Source of the DNA: Chrysomallon squamiferum
Taxonomy: Eukaryota > Animalia > Mollusca
Length of the DNA stretch: 64,000 bases
Assembly: GCA_012295275.1 (NCBI GenBank)
Contig: CM022679.1
Span: forward strand, 2,542,001 to 2,606,000
Direction: 5' to 3'
Shown: piece after piece, positions 40,701 through 51,991 of the stretch
How positions within the stretch are numbered: position 1 is the stretch's first letter
Layout: each line of letters begins with the position of its first letter
Notes under the pieces: model-generated
What the model saw: the letters and a program-made list of their open reading frames with translations, nothing else
The model's database searches: none
Told to the model about the DNA's origin: nothing
Translations under genes and position numbers: made by a program

Positions 40701-43280
40701 TCTCATACGCTAACTGTACAGGGTAAATTGTTTTATTTATTTTTTTTTTTTTTTTTTAAATAAATACTAAAATAAAAGTTTTTTTTTTTTTTTTTTTAAG
40801 TTTTTAGCATCACAGTGCCAGAGATATTTTCTTGTTCAAAAATTGAATTATTTTGTTTTTATTATTATTATTTTTTCTTCTTTTTTTTTTTTATTATAAA
40901 CTGTTATATTTGTGTCTTAAATTCTGATATATTGAAACAGAAATTAAATAAAGTGAAACTAAATAAGAAAGTTTAAAGGTAAATAAACAGTAACATTTTG
41001 TTTTTGTACAAAATTTGCATTATTAGTGCTCATCTCTATACATTTGAAAATTTAAATCTTCTACAGTTTAGCTAATTCTTGGAATCTATTAATTTAACAT
41101 TTCTTAATTTTCAGTTTTAAGTGCTAAAGATATAATTCCACTGGATGCAAATGGTAAGATTAATTTTTCTTTTACCTATTTCAAAACCAGAATATTTTAA
41201 AAATGACTGTTATTATTTTAAAAATCTTTCTTGCAAACTACTTTTAAATTGATTTTTTTCTTTTTTCTTGTAACACAATGTAACATTTTTTATTCTCATA
41301 GAATCTTCCAAAACCCTGTCCATCAAAACTCAATAAAAAAAAGCTGCAGTTCTGATATGTTGTAAAACCAATTCCAGTACAACTGCTTAGCTGTTTCCCA
41401 TTCTAAACACGTACCCAAAGATTTCTTGTAATTATTTATTATAATTAAAAGGATTTCTTGTGATTAGAGGAAACCTGAAAGCTTGCAGTGTGTTATTATG
41501 TATAAAAGTATGCTATTATGTTATTTCTTGGAGCAAATGTGCTATTTCTAGGACTAGACAGAGTGTGTTATTTTGTTATTTCTAGAACTGAGTGTTATTT
41601 TGTTATTTCTAGGACTGAGTGTGTTATTTTGTTATTTCTAGGACTAGACAGTGATTTCTAGGACTGAGTATGTTATTTTGTTATTTCTAGGACTAGACTG
41701 AGTGTGTTATTTTGTTATTTCTAGACTGAGTGTGTTATTTTGTTATTTCTAGACTGAGTGTGTTATTTTGTTATTTCTAGGACTAGACTGAGTGTTATTT
41801 TGTTATTTCTAGGACTGAGTGTGTTATTTTGTTATTTCTAGGACTGAGTGTGTTATTTTGTATTTTCTAGGACTGAGTGTGTTATTTTGTTATTTCTAGG
41901 ACTAGACTGAGTGTGTTATTTTGTTTTTTCTAGGACTAGACTGAGTGTGTTATTTTGTTTTTCTAGGACTGAGTGTGTTATTTTGTTATTTCTAGGACTC
42001 AGTGATCCATTTGTTCTGGTACAGCTGGCTCCTGATCACCTGTTTCCCAATGTTCCAGTTCAGAGCACCAAAGTAGTGAAGAAAACTCTGAACCCAGTCT
42101 TTGACGAAGTGTTTGAATTGTGAGTCTACATGTAGTCCAAGTTATATATATATATATATATATATATATGATACATTAATATTAAAATGTATTTAAGTAT
42201 CTTTAAAATATTTTCATTTCTTTCTCCCACCATTTCTCTTTCTCTCTTCCTTTCTTTTTTCTGCCCTGCTCTTTCCTTGCTTTGTTTAATTAAAGTATTT
42301 GTGTCACTGCAGTACTGTGACTCCAGACCAGTGTCAACACGAGGGCTCCACAGTGCACCTCACCATCATGGACCACGATGTCGTGTTTCAAAACGACTTC
42401 GCTGGCGAAGTTTTCCTTGCTATGAGTGACGTTCCGGGTGTTGACGGAAGAGAAATTTCAAAGTTTGAAGCTCTAAACACAATCAACTTGCCCCTTCTAC
42501 AGCTCAAACAGAAATGTTAGTATATCTGTATTCATTTCTTTTTTTTTTAATACAATCATTTTGACCTTTCTACAGCTCATCAGAAATATTATTATGTTTG
42601 TATTTATTTAATTTCCTTTCTTTGATATAGTCATTTTGACTTTTCAGCTGCACAAAAATTATAGAATTTCAAAAATGTATTTTGTGATATTCAACTGTAG
42701 TAGTTGTTTTATGATACAGTATTCTGTTATTGAGGGTGTTTATATTTAACTTTTTTCTTCAAGACAGTAGCTAATGTGTAGGTCACTGTTGCAGTGCTGA
42801 TGTTTACATGATACAAGAACAGATCTCCATCATTGTTTTTTTATATATTTTTTATCCTGCATGATACACTGATATGATTTTCCTGTATATTTAATTTTGA
42901 ATATTTTATTTAATATCAATTTTGTTTATATATATAGTTTGCTTGCTTAAAATCTTTTTTTTTTTATTTGAGACATAATGCAATAAAAAAAAGGAACTAA
43001 ATGGAAAAATAATTATACTATTCTTTTTATTCTGTTTATCAACAAGTATTTTTATAAAACATAATCTTTAAGAATAAAATTAATAATTAATTAATGATGA
43101 AAATATTAATCTTACGATTAAAATGACAATGATAATGGTAATGATGTTGTTGTTGATGTTGTTGTTGCAGCTCACAGTGCCTTGGACATTCTCTCTCGGC
43201 GGACAGGTGACAAAGATGCTCAGGAATTTGTGAAAAAACGAATCCGAGTGGAGGAGTTAGCTCTCAGTGCAACCACGTAA
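6571..43280 (+). CDS. BAIAP3: BAI1-associated protein 3 / Munc13-4 (UNC13D)-family protein, C2A-MUN(MHD1/MHD2)-C2B; 32 coding exons, about 1222 aa
   Basis: Hand-assembled exons, all GT-AG and phase-consistent (sum 3669 nt): 6571-6767, 13805-13892, 20027-20110, 22749-22916, 23364-23430, 23792-24059, 24560-24604, 25933-26098, 26569-26772, 28193-28296, 28980-29097, 29549-29673, 30088-30178, 30917-30973, 31481-31575, 31953-32004, 33582-33617, 34829-34986, 35480-35603, 36112-36180, 36519-36593, 37185-37286, 37848-38051, 38367-38435, 39232-39378, 39715-39828, 40082-40165, 40641-40722, 41115-41153, 41996-42119, 42313-42515, 43171-43280. The start is in a perfect Kozak context (GCCACCATGG). Family motifs: [17 protein letters not shown]; [14 protein letters not shown]; C2[17 protein letters not shown]...[10 protein letters not shown]...HLDIWDHDDE...[15 protein letters not shown]...DDFLG; [11 protein letters not shown]; [15 protein letters not shown]; C2[18 protein letters not shown]...[14 protein letters not shown]...[14 protein letters not shown]; DKDAQEFVK. 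The first coding exon and start are less certain than the body. Confidence 0.93.
7196..7258. repeat. Right arm of a 63-bp inverted repeat pair (partner 5080-5142)
   Basis: cttgtaattattaataataaattgtatatctggatgcttgtcctcatccaaaacataatgtaa. Confidence 0.9.
7861..7876 (+). promoter_or_regulatory. CTCF-like binding motif
   Basis: CCAGTAGATGGCAGCA fits the CTCF core consensus CCASYAGRKGGCRS. Confidence 0.5.
7945..8065 (-). mobile_element. SINE-like remnant, reverse orientation
   Basis: agcaaatgatcttttatac...ataacacataccacagtgttt resembles the reverse complement of the body seen at 12.8-13.4 kb; highly degenerate. Confidence 0.3.
11681..11752. repeat. (CT)n microsatellite
   Basis: Directly visible. 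Confidence 0.97.
12710..13410 (+). mobile_element. Degenerate tRNA-derived SINE-like remnant, interrupted, with partly duplicated body
   Basis: A-box-like head (ctagtggttagag) followed by tgggctgtttct...cagtgccccac...caaaggccataatatgt. The segment gtgagaaggtgc(a/t)tacaaaag...tttactgctaactg occurs twice (about 13212 and about 13368). The family assignment is from recollection only. Confidence 0.45.
16565..16894. repeat. Minisatellite, 66-bp unit x5
   Basis: ttatcattgatattaaacattcactggaaacatccttagacttgctttcagtgacattgaagtaaa is repeated head-to-tail with few substitutions. Confidence 0.95.
19310..19780. repeat. Degenerate minisatellite, about 43-bp unit
   Basis: Recurring aaaataaactctactttctaaagaatctagtgaaatgtttact-like units. 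Confidence 0.7.
20440..20720. repeat. Degenerate minisatellite, about 42-bp unit
   Basis: Recurring taaatgccaaaatataaagctgaatgccacagaa-like units. Confidence 0.6.
24364..24450. repeat. (CT)n microsatellite
   Basis: Directly visible. Confidence 0.97.
26790..27300. repeat. Degenerate minisatellite, about 31-bp unit, just after BAIAP3 exon 9
   Basis: Recurring cataactgaatatttcactaatgccatact-like units. Confidence 0.75.
27890..28155. repeat. Degenerate minisatellite, about 24-bp unit, before BAIAP3 exon 10
   Basis: Recurring aaacagtaaaatattgttgtttat units. Confidence 0.75.
29929..30001. repeat. (CT)n microsatellite
   Basis: Directly visible. Confidence 0.97.
35035..35430. repeat. Degenerate minisatellite, about 37-bp unit, filling BAIAP3 intron 18
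   Basis: Recurring aatatttaaatatttcac...tatttt(c)agtt units. Confidence 0.65.
36162..36298. repeat. 46-bp tandem repeat x3 spanning the exon 20 donor
   Basis: ctgctttatttttgtacag|gtaatttttgttaaaactctagttaat units start at 36162, 36208 and 36254. Confidence 0.9.
36588..36870. repeat. Complex tandem repeat starting at the exon 21 donor
   Basis: Recurring taacaa(c/t)ctgatatct(c/t)agtcca units, with gtccaggtataaca copies at about 36770 and about 36832. Confidence 0.75.
37046..37184. repeat. 29-bp tandem repeat x about 5 ending in the exon 22 acceptor
   Basis: gtaaagtttgttttagact(t/a)tcagtaaat units; the last copy reads gtaaagtttgtcttacag|GAT. Confidence 0.85.
37400..37843. repeat. Compound (ATT)n/(ACT)n/(GTT)n trinucleotide low-complexity tract
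   Basis: Fills most of BAIAP3 intron 22. Confidence 0.9.
38428..38615. repeat. 17-bp tandem repeat x about 11 spanning the exon 24 donor
   Basis: ctgttgat|gtaagtaaa units. Confidence 0.92.
39123..39220. repeat. 32-bp tandem repeat x3 before the exon 25 acceptor
   Basis: ttttattaaaacactaaaaagtatgttatgtg units. Confidence 0.85.
41540..42003. repeat. 27-34-bp tandem repeat x about 16 spanning the exon 30 acceptor
   Basis: gtgttattttgttatttctag|gact(agact)gagt units; the final copy is the real junction tttctag|gactcagtgat. Confidence 0.92.
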
Positions 43281-45783
43281 ACATCAAAACAACAGAAAAC
43301 TCAACAAAACAGTTTTCATAGCTCACCAGATTACACACACAAAGACTCACCACAGTAAATAACAAAAACTCATCCTCATAATGATGAATACATAAATGTT
43401 TTTGAGAGTAAATACTTCAATCAAATATATATCAGTGAAATCTTGAAACAAATAGGTGAATAAAATTCACAAAATTCAGTGACCAAATTTACAAATAAAA
43501 ATTTGCCAAAATATTTTGTAAAAACTTTAGACAAACATGAATAAATTATTTTCAGAACAGATGGCCATGAGTAAAATTATGACCAAAGCAGCTGGGTACA
43601 TGTGAATATCTGATCAACATGGTTAATTACTGTTAAGACAAACAGAGGAACATTGCTAGTGCTATATGTAACAGATTTCATATTTGAAATGTCATTTCCT
43701 CAGAATCTGACTAAATCTTGTTTGTTGAATAGGTCACACCATTTCCAAGAAATTATTTCACAATATTCTCACTGAATTGTATACAAGTTAACAATACTGA
43801 CTGTTGCTATCACATGAAAATAATTTATATTGAATGACATTGTTTGTTTTTATACTCAACCATCATTTTATATAAAAATAGAAAATATAAAGTTGACTAC
43901 TGACTGTTGCACATCATATGAAAATGATTTGTACTCTAAGAAATTTCATGTTTTTATATTAACCCATCATTTTATCATAAAATTTATAATAGAAAGATTA
44001 TTACAGGGTAACAATTTTATTGAAAAAATGAAAATAATAAAAATTAAATCTTGATCATTTGTCAGAAATGTTCTGAAGTTTTAGTGAAGTAGACTGACAT
44101 CAGAGGACAAATAAAGGCAATGTAAAATATTGTTAGGGGTGGGTTTGGAGCACAGTTGTGGGGTATGATAGTAGTTTCCATATTCTGACATAAACCTGAG
44201 ACCTGATTGAGAAGGTTAAGTGTGATTTATTGAAACGTTTGAAATGTTAGTTCAAAAGATACACAAAACTCAGCATTTCAAAACATACTCATAAACGTAT
44301 AGGAAATATATCAGACAAGTTAGATCTTTAGAAATAATACCTTGTATCATTTGAAATCCTAACAATTACATCATTCTGACTTAACACACAGTTAAACATC
44401 AGTGTTTGTGTATACAGTGTGTATTTTGATAAATATGTAAAAATTAATTAGATATCTGACAAGAAAAGACAACCCACCGACATAGAGGAATTTGTAATAA
44501 TTATTTAAAATTTAACACAAATACATTTTAAAACAAAAACAAATCTGTAATGCTCATTGTACTTGTTTGCTCTGTTTGTATATTTAAACTGTATTTTAAG
44601 ATATTTGATATTTTGTGGAGTCACTTATATCTTGGTAATAAATTACTGATTATCTAATCCTGTTTTTATCATGTTCACATTATTCTTCTCTCTTTATTAT
44701 CAAATTCTCTGTTATAACAATATGGTTTTATGTTAGAATGTTCTATGATTCAATAAACACTGTTGTAAATAGGATTGTAAGCACAAAAAATTGATTAGTT
44801 TTCATAATTTTGATAAAGAGTATTAATTTTCTTAGAAGAATTAAACAAATCTGCCTGTTACTGTTGGTTCCAAAATTACAGATACTTCAAACTGACCATT
44901 TTCTGTATTTAGACACAGTATCAGTCTGGCAGATTTCAGGGTCACCAAAAATTGCCTGTCGTTATGACAACAAACTCTATCACAGATCTTGTCTGTGACA
45001 GATATTGTCAAATTTTTATATAATATTAATACATTTATAGATTATATTACAAAAGTTTGTAAATTTTTATCATGAAATTACCATTTTTAATTCTTTTGGA
45101 AGTTTAGACGATAAACTGATGGTATATATAACTTGGCAGCCATTTTGTTTTATTTTTCTAATTTCTGCTGTCTGATTGAATTTATGAATATAACAACAAA
45201 TGGACACTAGCATCAGTAGATATTTGTAGACTGAAGTTCAAGCATCATGACAAAGCACATTACAAGCTGCCAGTAATACTTCATTATTGTACAGAACCTG
45301 TAAGGTCACAGTTAATCATTAATGAATGTGAAGCCATTTGATTTGCGAGGTAAAATCACATAATACCTTCTTATAACTTCATAGTCATATAACACATAAT
45401 CAAATGTGTATAAATAGTGCAATATTGTTTGTTGATATTAATTATTGATTTAATATTCTTTTTAAAGATTTATTTGTATTAAGCACAGAAAATGTGGCTG
45501 AGTTACATTAGAAAAACTGTATGTTTTGTGACAAATTGTTAAAATGTTTATACTAAAAGAAGAGAATTAATCTTGAGATATTTCTAAATCATCCTACTTG
45601 TCTGTGTGCACTTGTAATAAATATTAATTTTAAAAACAATTATTAAAAATGTTTTAAAATTTTAAAATTCAAATGTTACAGAAATTTGCAAGTATTTTAT
45701 TGTATCATATCATGGCTTCTTTTTAAAGGTATTATTTTATTATTTTAAAAATTATTTCTGGTCTTTATTTATTTATTTATCAA

Positions 45784-45845
<62 letters not shown>

Positions 45846-46151
45846 TCTGTAATTTTCACATAAAAAATATAGAAATACAAAACAGTCATTGAAAATGTAT
45901 AATAAAAATGTATTGTGTTGTATGATAACGAACATAAATGTTTATTGTTGTATGTTTTGTATTAAAGTTTTCACTGGTTGTTACTATTATATCAAATGTT
46001 TGTTGCATAATTAACATAATTAACACAATTAACATCTCTCCAATATAATACCGAATAAACTTTTTTGAAATATTTTTTTTTATTAATGTATTGATTTATT
46101 TTTATTATTTTATAATTATTATTTATTTTATTTTATTTTAGTCATTATTAC

Positions 46152-46203
<52 letters not shown>

Positions 46204-47739
46204 TTGGATTAATTAGTTTAAAATAAATGTTATGAATAGTCTAAATGAAGTTTGGTCACAAGATATATTATTTTATTTAAAAAAAAAATTTGCTCTATGT
46301 TGTATTTATTTTTTGTATATTTCATAAATATTTTTCATTCACTGAGTACTCCATCTGAGTTTTGTGCAAACATTGCTTGTTTGTTGTTTTAACTTGTTTC
46401 AAATAAAAAATATCTTCAATAATATTCTGGTCTTCATTCAAATGATATTAAATATACTAATATACGTTTGTTTATAAATAAACTTAAGTAAATTGTAGAA
46501 AACTGTTACAAATATAACAAATATACTTCTCTTCACAGTTCCACAGGGCACCATTAAAGGCAAAATAAAAAAAGACAATAATTAGGATGCCTACCCACAT
46601 AGTAAACAAAATTTAGAAAGTATTTTTAAAAAATAATTTTAATATTTAAAATAAATCCTTTATTAGGTCATTTCAGACTGCACCCAACGTTCCAGAAATA
46701 GCAATCCTAAGTGAAAGTCGAAGTTAACTCTCCCATTGATGCAAACTGAAAAATGTATTATGTTTCATGGGAAGACTATTAGTAATAGCATGTGTTCGGC
46801 ATACAACAGATGATAACAAATAGTAAGTGTGCCCTGGTAGGTTCATTAAGTAATAATGTTGTTTTTTTGTTTGTTGTTTTTTTCTTCTTCCTTTCCTAGA
46901 AACAACTCTATTGTCAGTTGTTGCAGTTGATACAATCACTAGTTCGTTTAGCGAAAGAGTTATTGCCCTTAGCCAAGGGAGATAAAATGTAGTATGGCGT
47001 TTTGACTGTTATGCAGTAAAGGATTACTTTGTGCTTGTTACTTTTTCTATGATGTTACAACAGCGAAGTTCTAAGATATCAAATAACCATAATTTTTTAG
47101 CATGGACATATGTCATTAAACAAGTAATTACTGCCAGCATCAACTGTATAATATTTATCTGTTTATTTTATGCTGAAAACAGTTTCCGTTTTTCTCACCG
47201 CAGTAATGTTAAAATATGTTGCCGTGTTATTAAATAATTATTAATTTATTATTTTTGAAACTAAATTTAATACTGTTTTTGATGAAAAAAATTCAGACAG
47301 TTACTGACATTTTATTTACATTTTATACGTAAAACATTAACTACAGGAAGTAAAAATCCAATATTTTTTTTCACATAATTTTAGAACATGGACATTCAAA
47401 TCTATTTTAAAAATGATAATAATAATCATTATTATTATTATTATTATCTCTTAAATGGATGAATGAAAAAACGAAAGACTAGAAAAAGAAGAAAAGTAAA
47501 CAAAGATGAAAGAATGTAAATGAAAGGAGAGATTCGCAAAACTGTTCAGTAATATGTCAAACAGCTCATTTTATATTATTTTTATTTTTTAATTTAATTA
47601 TTGGCTTTTTTCTTTTTTCTTTTTAATTCTTATGAAAAATAAAACAAAACAAAGATAAATGTATATTTTACTTAAACTGATTATATGCATCCTGTTGCTT
47701 GCACAAATTAATATTAAAATTTCATAAGGCCTATCTGTG

Positions 47740-47795
<56 letters not shown>

Positions 47796-47960
47796 ATTTT
47801 GATATTTATTGATATTTTTAAATTTTACCGTTATTCAGAAATACAAACATTAAAACTTCACAAATTCCATTACATTGTGATGATTCAAGATGAATTATTT
47901 AAATTTTAATCAAATCATGTTGAGCATATATTTTAATTATCATTAAAAAAGACGATTTAT

Positions 47961-48004
<44 letters not shown>

Positions 48005-48014
48005 CTCAATAGTA

Positions 48015-48050
<36 letters not shown>

Positions 48051-48184
48051 GAAGATGAAATTTAATTTTTTTTTTAAAACACTAAAGAAAAAGAGAAAAG
48101 AAAAGAAAAGAAAGAAAGTAAAAGAAGCAGAAAGCTGCAGCTACTTCTAAAGTTTGTTCTCGAACAACAGCGAGTTTCTAATTG

Positions 48185-50120
48185 TCAGTACGATTCTGTA
48201 ATATCTTCTGTGCCTGCTAGTACCATGTGTCTCCGCGGTAAAACTGTTTTATTGCAGGCAAAACCCCACACAGGCTGGTGCAGCTTCTCCGCCATGCTGC
48301 TCACAGAAAATCTCTTCAGATCCAAAACCATGATGTCATCAAACACGTCATTTCCGTATTTACCACCTAGAAGGAGAATTTCATTCTTGCAAACCGCTAC
48401 TCCAAAGAGAGCCCTGGTGAAGTGGGGTAGAGTAGCTGTTTGTTTGAAGGTGTAACAGTCAGTAGAACGAAGAATCTCGCCTGTCGGACAGATCAAATGA
48501 ATCTCATCGTCACTCACAACTGGTCTCGACAGACCGCAGGCAAAGGGGAGAGTACTCACAACACACGACGTCCGCACTTTGGGATCATAGACTTGGACTG
48601 TAACAGTCGGGTTTTCTCTGTCCACGTAACCACCAAAAAGATACACTTTGCCTTGGCACACGGCACAGGACATTCCCCAGACCGCCTCAGTTATTTCTCC
48701 ACAGTTGGACCACTCGTTCTTTTCCATATTGTACTCTTCGACAGACGAGGTCACAAGCAAACGTCCTTGAGGAGAATGACCGACTGCTCCGCCAAGCGAA
48801 TAAAGTTTCCAGCCGATAGGAACGAGAGCGTGACCTCGTCGACCCACCAGCATCGGCGCGCACACGTGCCAGTCGTTTTCGTCACTTTTATACAAAACTA
48901 AACCTTGTCTTGTGTCTCCGCCGCCGCACACGTAGATGTCATTTGCACACACACAAGACGCTGTTCCCGAATCGAATCCAAATGGAAGAGGAGCCAAGCA
49001 AAACCACTTCCTCAGAATCAAGTTGAAACAGGACACGGACTGGTTGCATTTAAACTTTGACTCTCCGGACATAGCGCCGCCTATTATGACGATGCATTCG
49101 TCCATGTGAGTTTCGTGGCGGTATTCCAGCTGCGGTAGCGATGTCTCCTTTTCCCTGCGAGGATCTGACTGAATACTCTGGGCTTCCTTAATCAAATCAA
49201 AGCATTCGTTGTTATCTTGAAGCATCCTGTTTCTCTGCAGCGTATTTTTTAGATATTCAGCACTCACCAGAGGCAGACGAATATGTTTTAAAACGAGGCT
49301 GAGATTTTCCTGTCGATTCTCGACGTCACCTTTGGCCCAGAAAATAACAGCATCAAGAACAGCCTCTTCATTGGGGACAACGAGCTGTTCATCTTTTATT
49401 AAAGAAATCAGCTCCGAGAGAGAAAGAGTCTGGAATTTCTTCGTATTGGAGAAAGCCACGAAGTTTTTCAATATTGCTTTTCGAGTGGCCGCTTCCAACT
49501 TGACTGATTTCGTTTGCTTGGCCAACTTGAACAAGGCAATGGTGTTGACGGTGCTGACGTGTTGTGACAGAAAACTGTCACATTTCCTTTTCAGACTTTT
49601 GATGCCGTACACGTGAGACACTCGTAGCAGCTGGTGGCCGTTCTTTTCGCTCAGCTCGCAGTCTCCGCAGTAAATGAACTTGAGCACGTTGGCGAGGACT
49701 TGCTTCGTGACGTTGTGTACGAACAGCTTGTCCGCCGTCGACTCGCGGTTTCCGTTGAAGAGTCTGGCGTGGAAGTACGGCGACGCTGCGGCCAGAACGA
49801 CGCGGTGACAACGCAGAACCTTCCCCTCGACGACTAGCACCAGATCAGTGTACAGATGTCGCTTCCACATGTCCACCAAACTGCACGCGAGGTCCGCTAA
49901 ATGAGTGGCCTGAGTGACGTCATTCTGGTCGTTTGGCGGAGAAATGGTCTCTTTTAATCCAGGACCTTTCCTTAAACATGGATCAAGTTTTATTATTAAA
50001 AAGCACACTCTAACTACACCACAATAAAAGTAACACATTAAACCAGCGAAAGAAGGAATTTATACCATAGTTTTTAGAAATTAGAAGCAATAAAGAAAGA
50101 GCCTAAAAGAGGAGATGATG

Positions 50121-50171
<51 letters not shown>

Positions 50172-50895
50172 TCTAATTACAAATACATTTTATAGCAGGA
50201 ATAGTAGTAGTAATAGTATTAGTTATAGTAGCAGCTGCAGCAATAGTAGTTGCAGTAGTAGTAGCAGTAGTAGCAATAATAATGATTGTAGCAGAGCAGC
50301 AGTAGTAATAACACTAGATGTAGTAGTAATAGTACAAGTAGTAGTAGCAGCAGAAGTGGTGGCAATAATAGCAGTTGTTGTAGTAGTAGTTTAGTCGTAA
50401 CATTAATGGTTTGACAACAGCAGTAGCAGCGGTAACGGCAATGATAGAAATAAAACATAATTCAGTTTTTAATGATGAATAGCCGCAAACAGAAATTTTT
50501 AAAAATACTGTGGATAGCATATAAATAATGACAAACTTTGAACATTTGTTAATATCTGTTTTAGTTATTAAACATTTACAGTTATAAATGTATTTATCCA
50601 CTGTCAGCATTGACAGGACAATGTTAAACTGAAGACAGCTGAACTAATCATCATTATGATCATCATCGCTATATATCATTTTATTCAAAAATAATTATTA
50701 TGAGATTTAACATTTTCATGATACTAACCTTTGCCCGTAAAAATAAAGAAATAAAATATAAAATAATATCTTCAAAAACGGTAAAAACAGGAATAAAGTA
50801 TCATTTTTATATAAAAATAAACACAGCATATTAACATACAAAACTGTATTACAAATATCTTACCTTGGTCTATTCCTTTTGATCGGATACGACAT
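48185..50895 (-). CDS. Kelch-like protein (BTB-BACK-Kelch, KLHL24-like CUL3 adaptor), two coding exons, about 605 aa
   Basis: Large exon 49970-48185 contains BTB (YTDLVLVVEGKVLRCHRVVLAAASPYF), BACK (FQTLSLSELISLIKDEQLVVPNEEAVLDAVIFW...HIRLPL) and Kelch repeats with GG motifs (IIGG, YVCGG, YSLGG, YLFGG, LLGG). Probable first exon 50895-50864 (ATG TCG TAT CCG ATC AAA AGG AAT AGA CCA AG|gtaaga) joins in phase 2 to tttaag|G AAA GGT CCT. Confidence 0.9.
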
Positions 50896-51991
50896 TTTAG
50901 TAACTAGATATCCAGCTCTACACGGGCAAACGAAAATTCGACATCCTTCTTCCCTCGCTTGGGCTTATCTCCAGGGAGAAAATATACACAGCTAAGCTAA
51001 TCCTAATCCGCCCCAAAAGCCAGGGTTAATAGCTATTAAAGCGAAAACATTCGCGGATAATCCTCCATCTGTTAACAATGAAACTGAGAAATTAGTTATA
51101 TCAGAAAAAGCAAAACCTGATCAGCGACAATCAATGACAGCGACGCCTTAATGCAAAGCACAGAATCAGGAAATAGTTATTTTACTTATGTTAACTCAGT
51201 GCGAGATAAAACTTTGATGTGTTTTAATATATAAATATATAGTACATACTCGCACATATGTATACCCACAACCATAAAAAGAAATACCGAGATCAAAAGT
51301 TTTTATTATTTATTTATTTATTTATTTATTTATTATTATCTCATATATTAAACGATTAATGGTAAGTGAAAAATATGCCTGAAGGAAACATAACTTGAAC
51401 AAAAAAACAGAGCTGATGAATAAATGAATGTATCAATGAATAAGTAATATTTCGGATATTAAGCCTAAAAATAGAATTTTAGAAATCCCCTTCATTCATG
51501 TGTAAATGTATGGTAAATATGTATGAAATGAATGGATGAAATAATGAAATAAAAATAAAAAAATGAAATAAAAATGAATGAATGAAAATAAAATGAAAAA
51601 TAAATAATAAATAAATATTAATAAAAAATAAAAAGAAATAAACGAATGAATGATAAATAAAAATAATGAAATAAATGAATGAATGAAGGAAATAATGAAT
51701 AAATGGAATAAAGGAATAATGAAATAAACGAATGCGATAATAAAACAATGAATTAACGAAATAATGAAACAAATAATGAATTAAATAAAATAATTAATAA
51801 ATGAAATAATGAATCATTGAAATAACGAAAAATGAATGAAATAACGAACGAATTAAATAATAAATAAATAAATATAAAATTAATTCATTCATTAATCAAA
51901 CATTTAAATGCGTGCAATAAAAAAAAAAAAAGTGAGTTGCAAGGTTAATTCACACAATTATGTCACAACTATTTTCTGTTTTCACTGGCAC

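Noticed and set aside
48210-49837. Several plus-strand ORFs antisense to the Kelch exon
   Set aside because: Shadow ORFs of a GC-richer coding strand, with no recognisable features.
49971-50038. N-terminal MCYFYCGVV... of the 617-aa Kelch ORF
   Set aside because: It has a non-ATG start in AT-rich sequence and is better explained as intron upstream of the acceptor at 49971.
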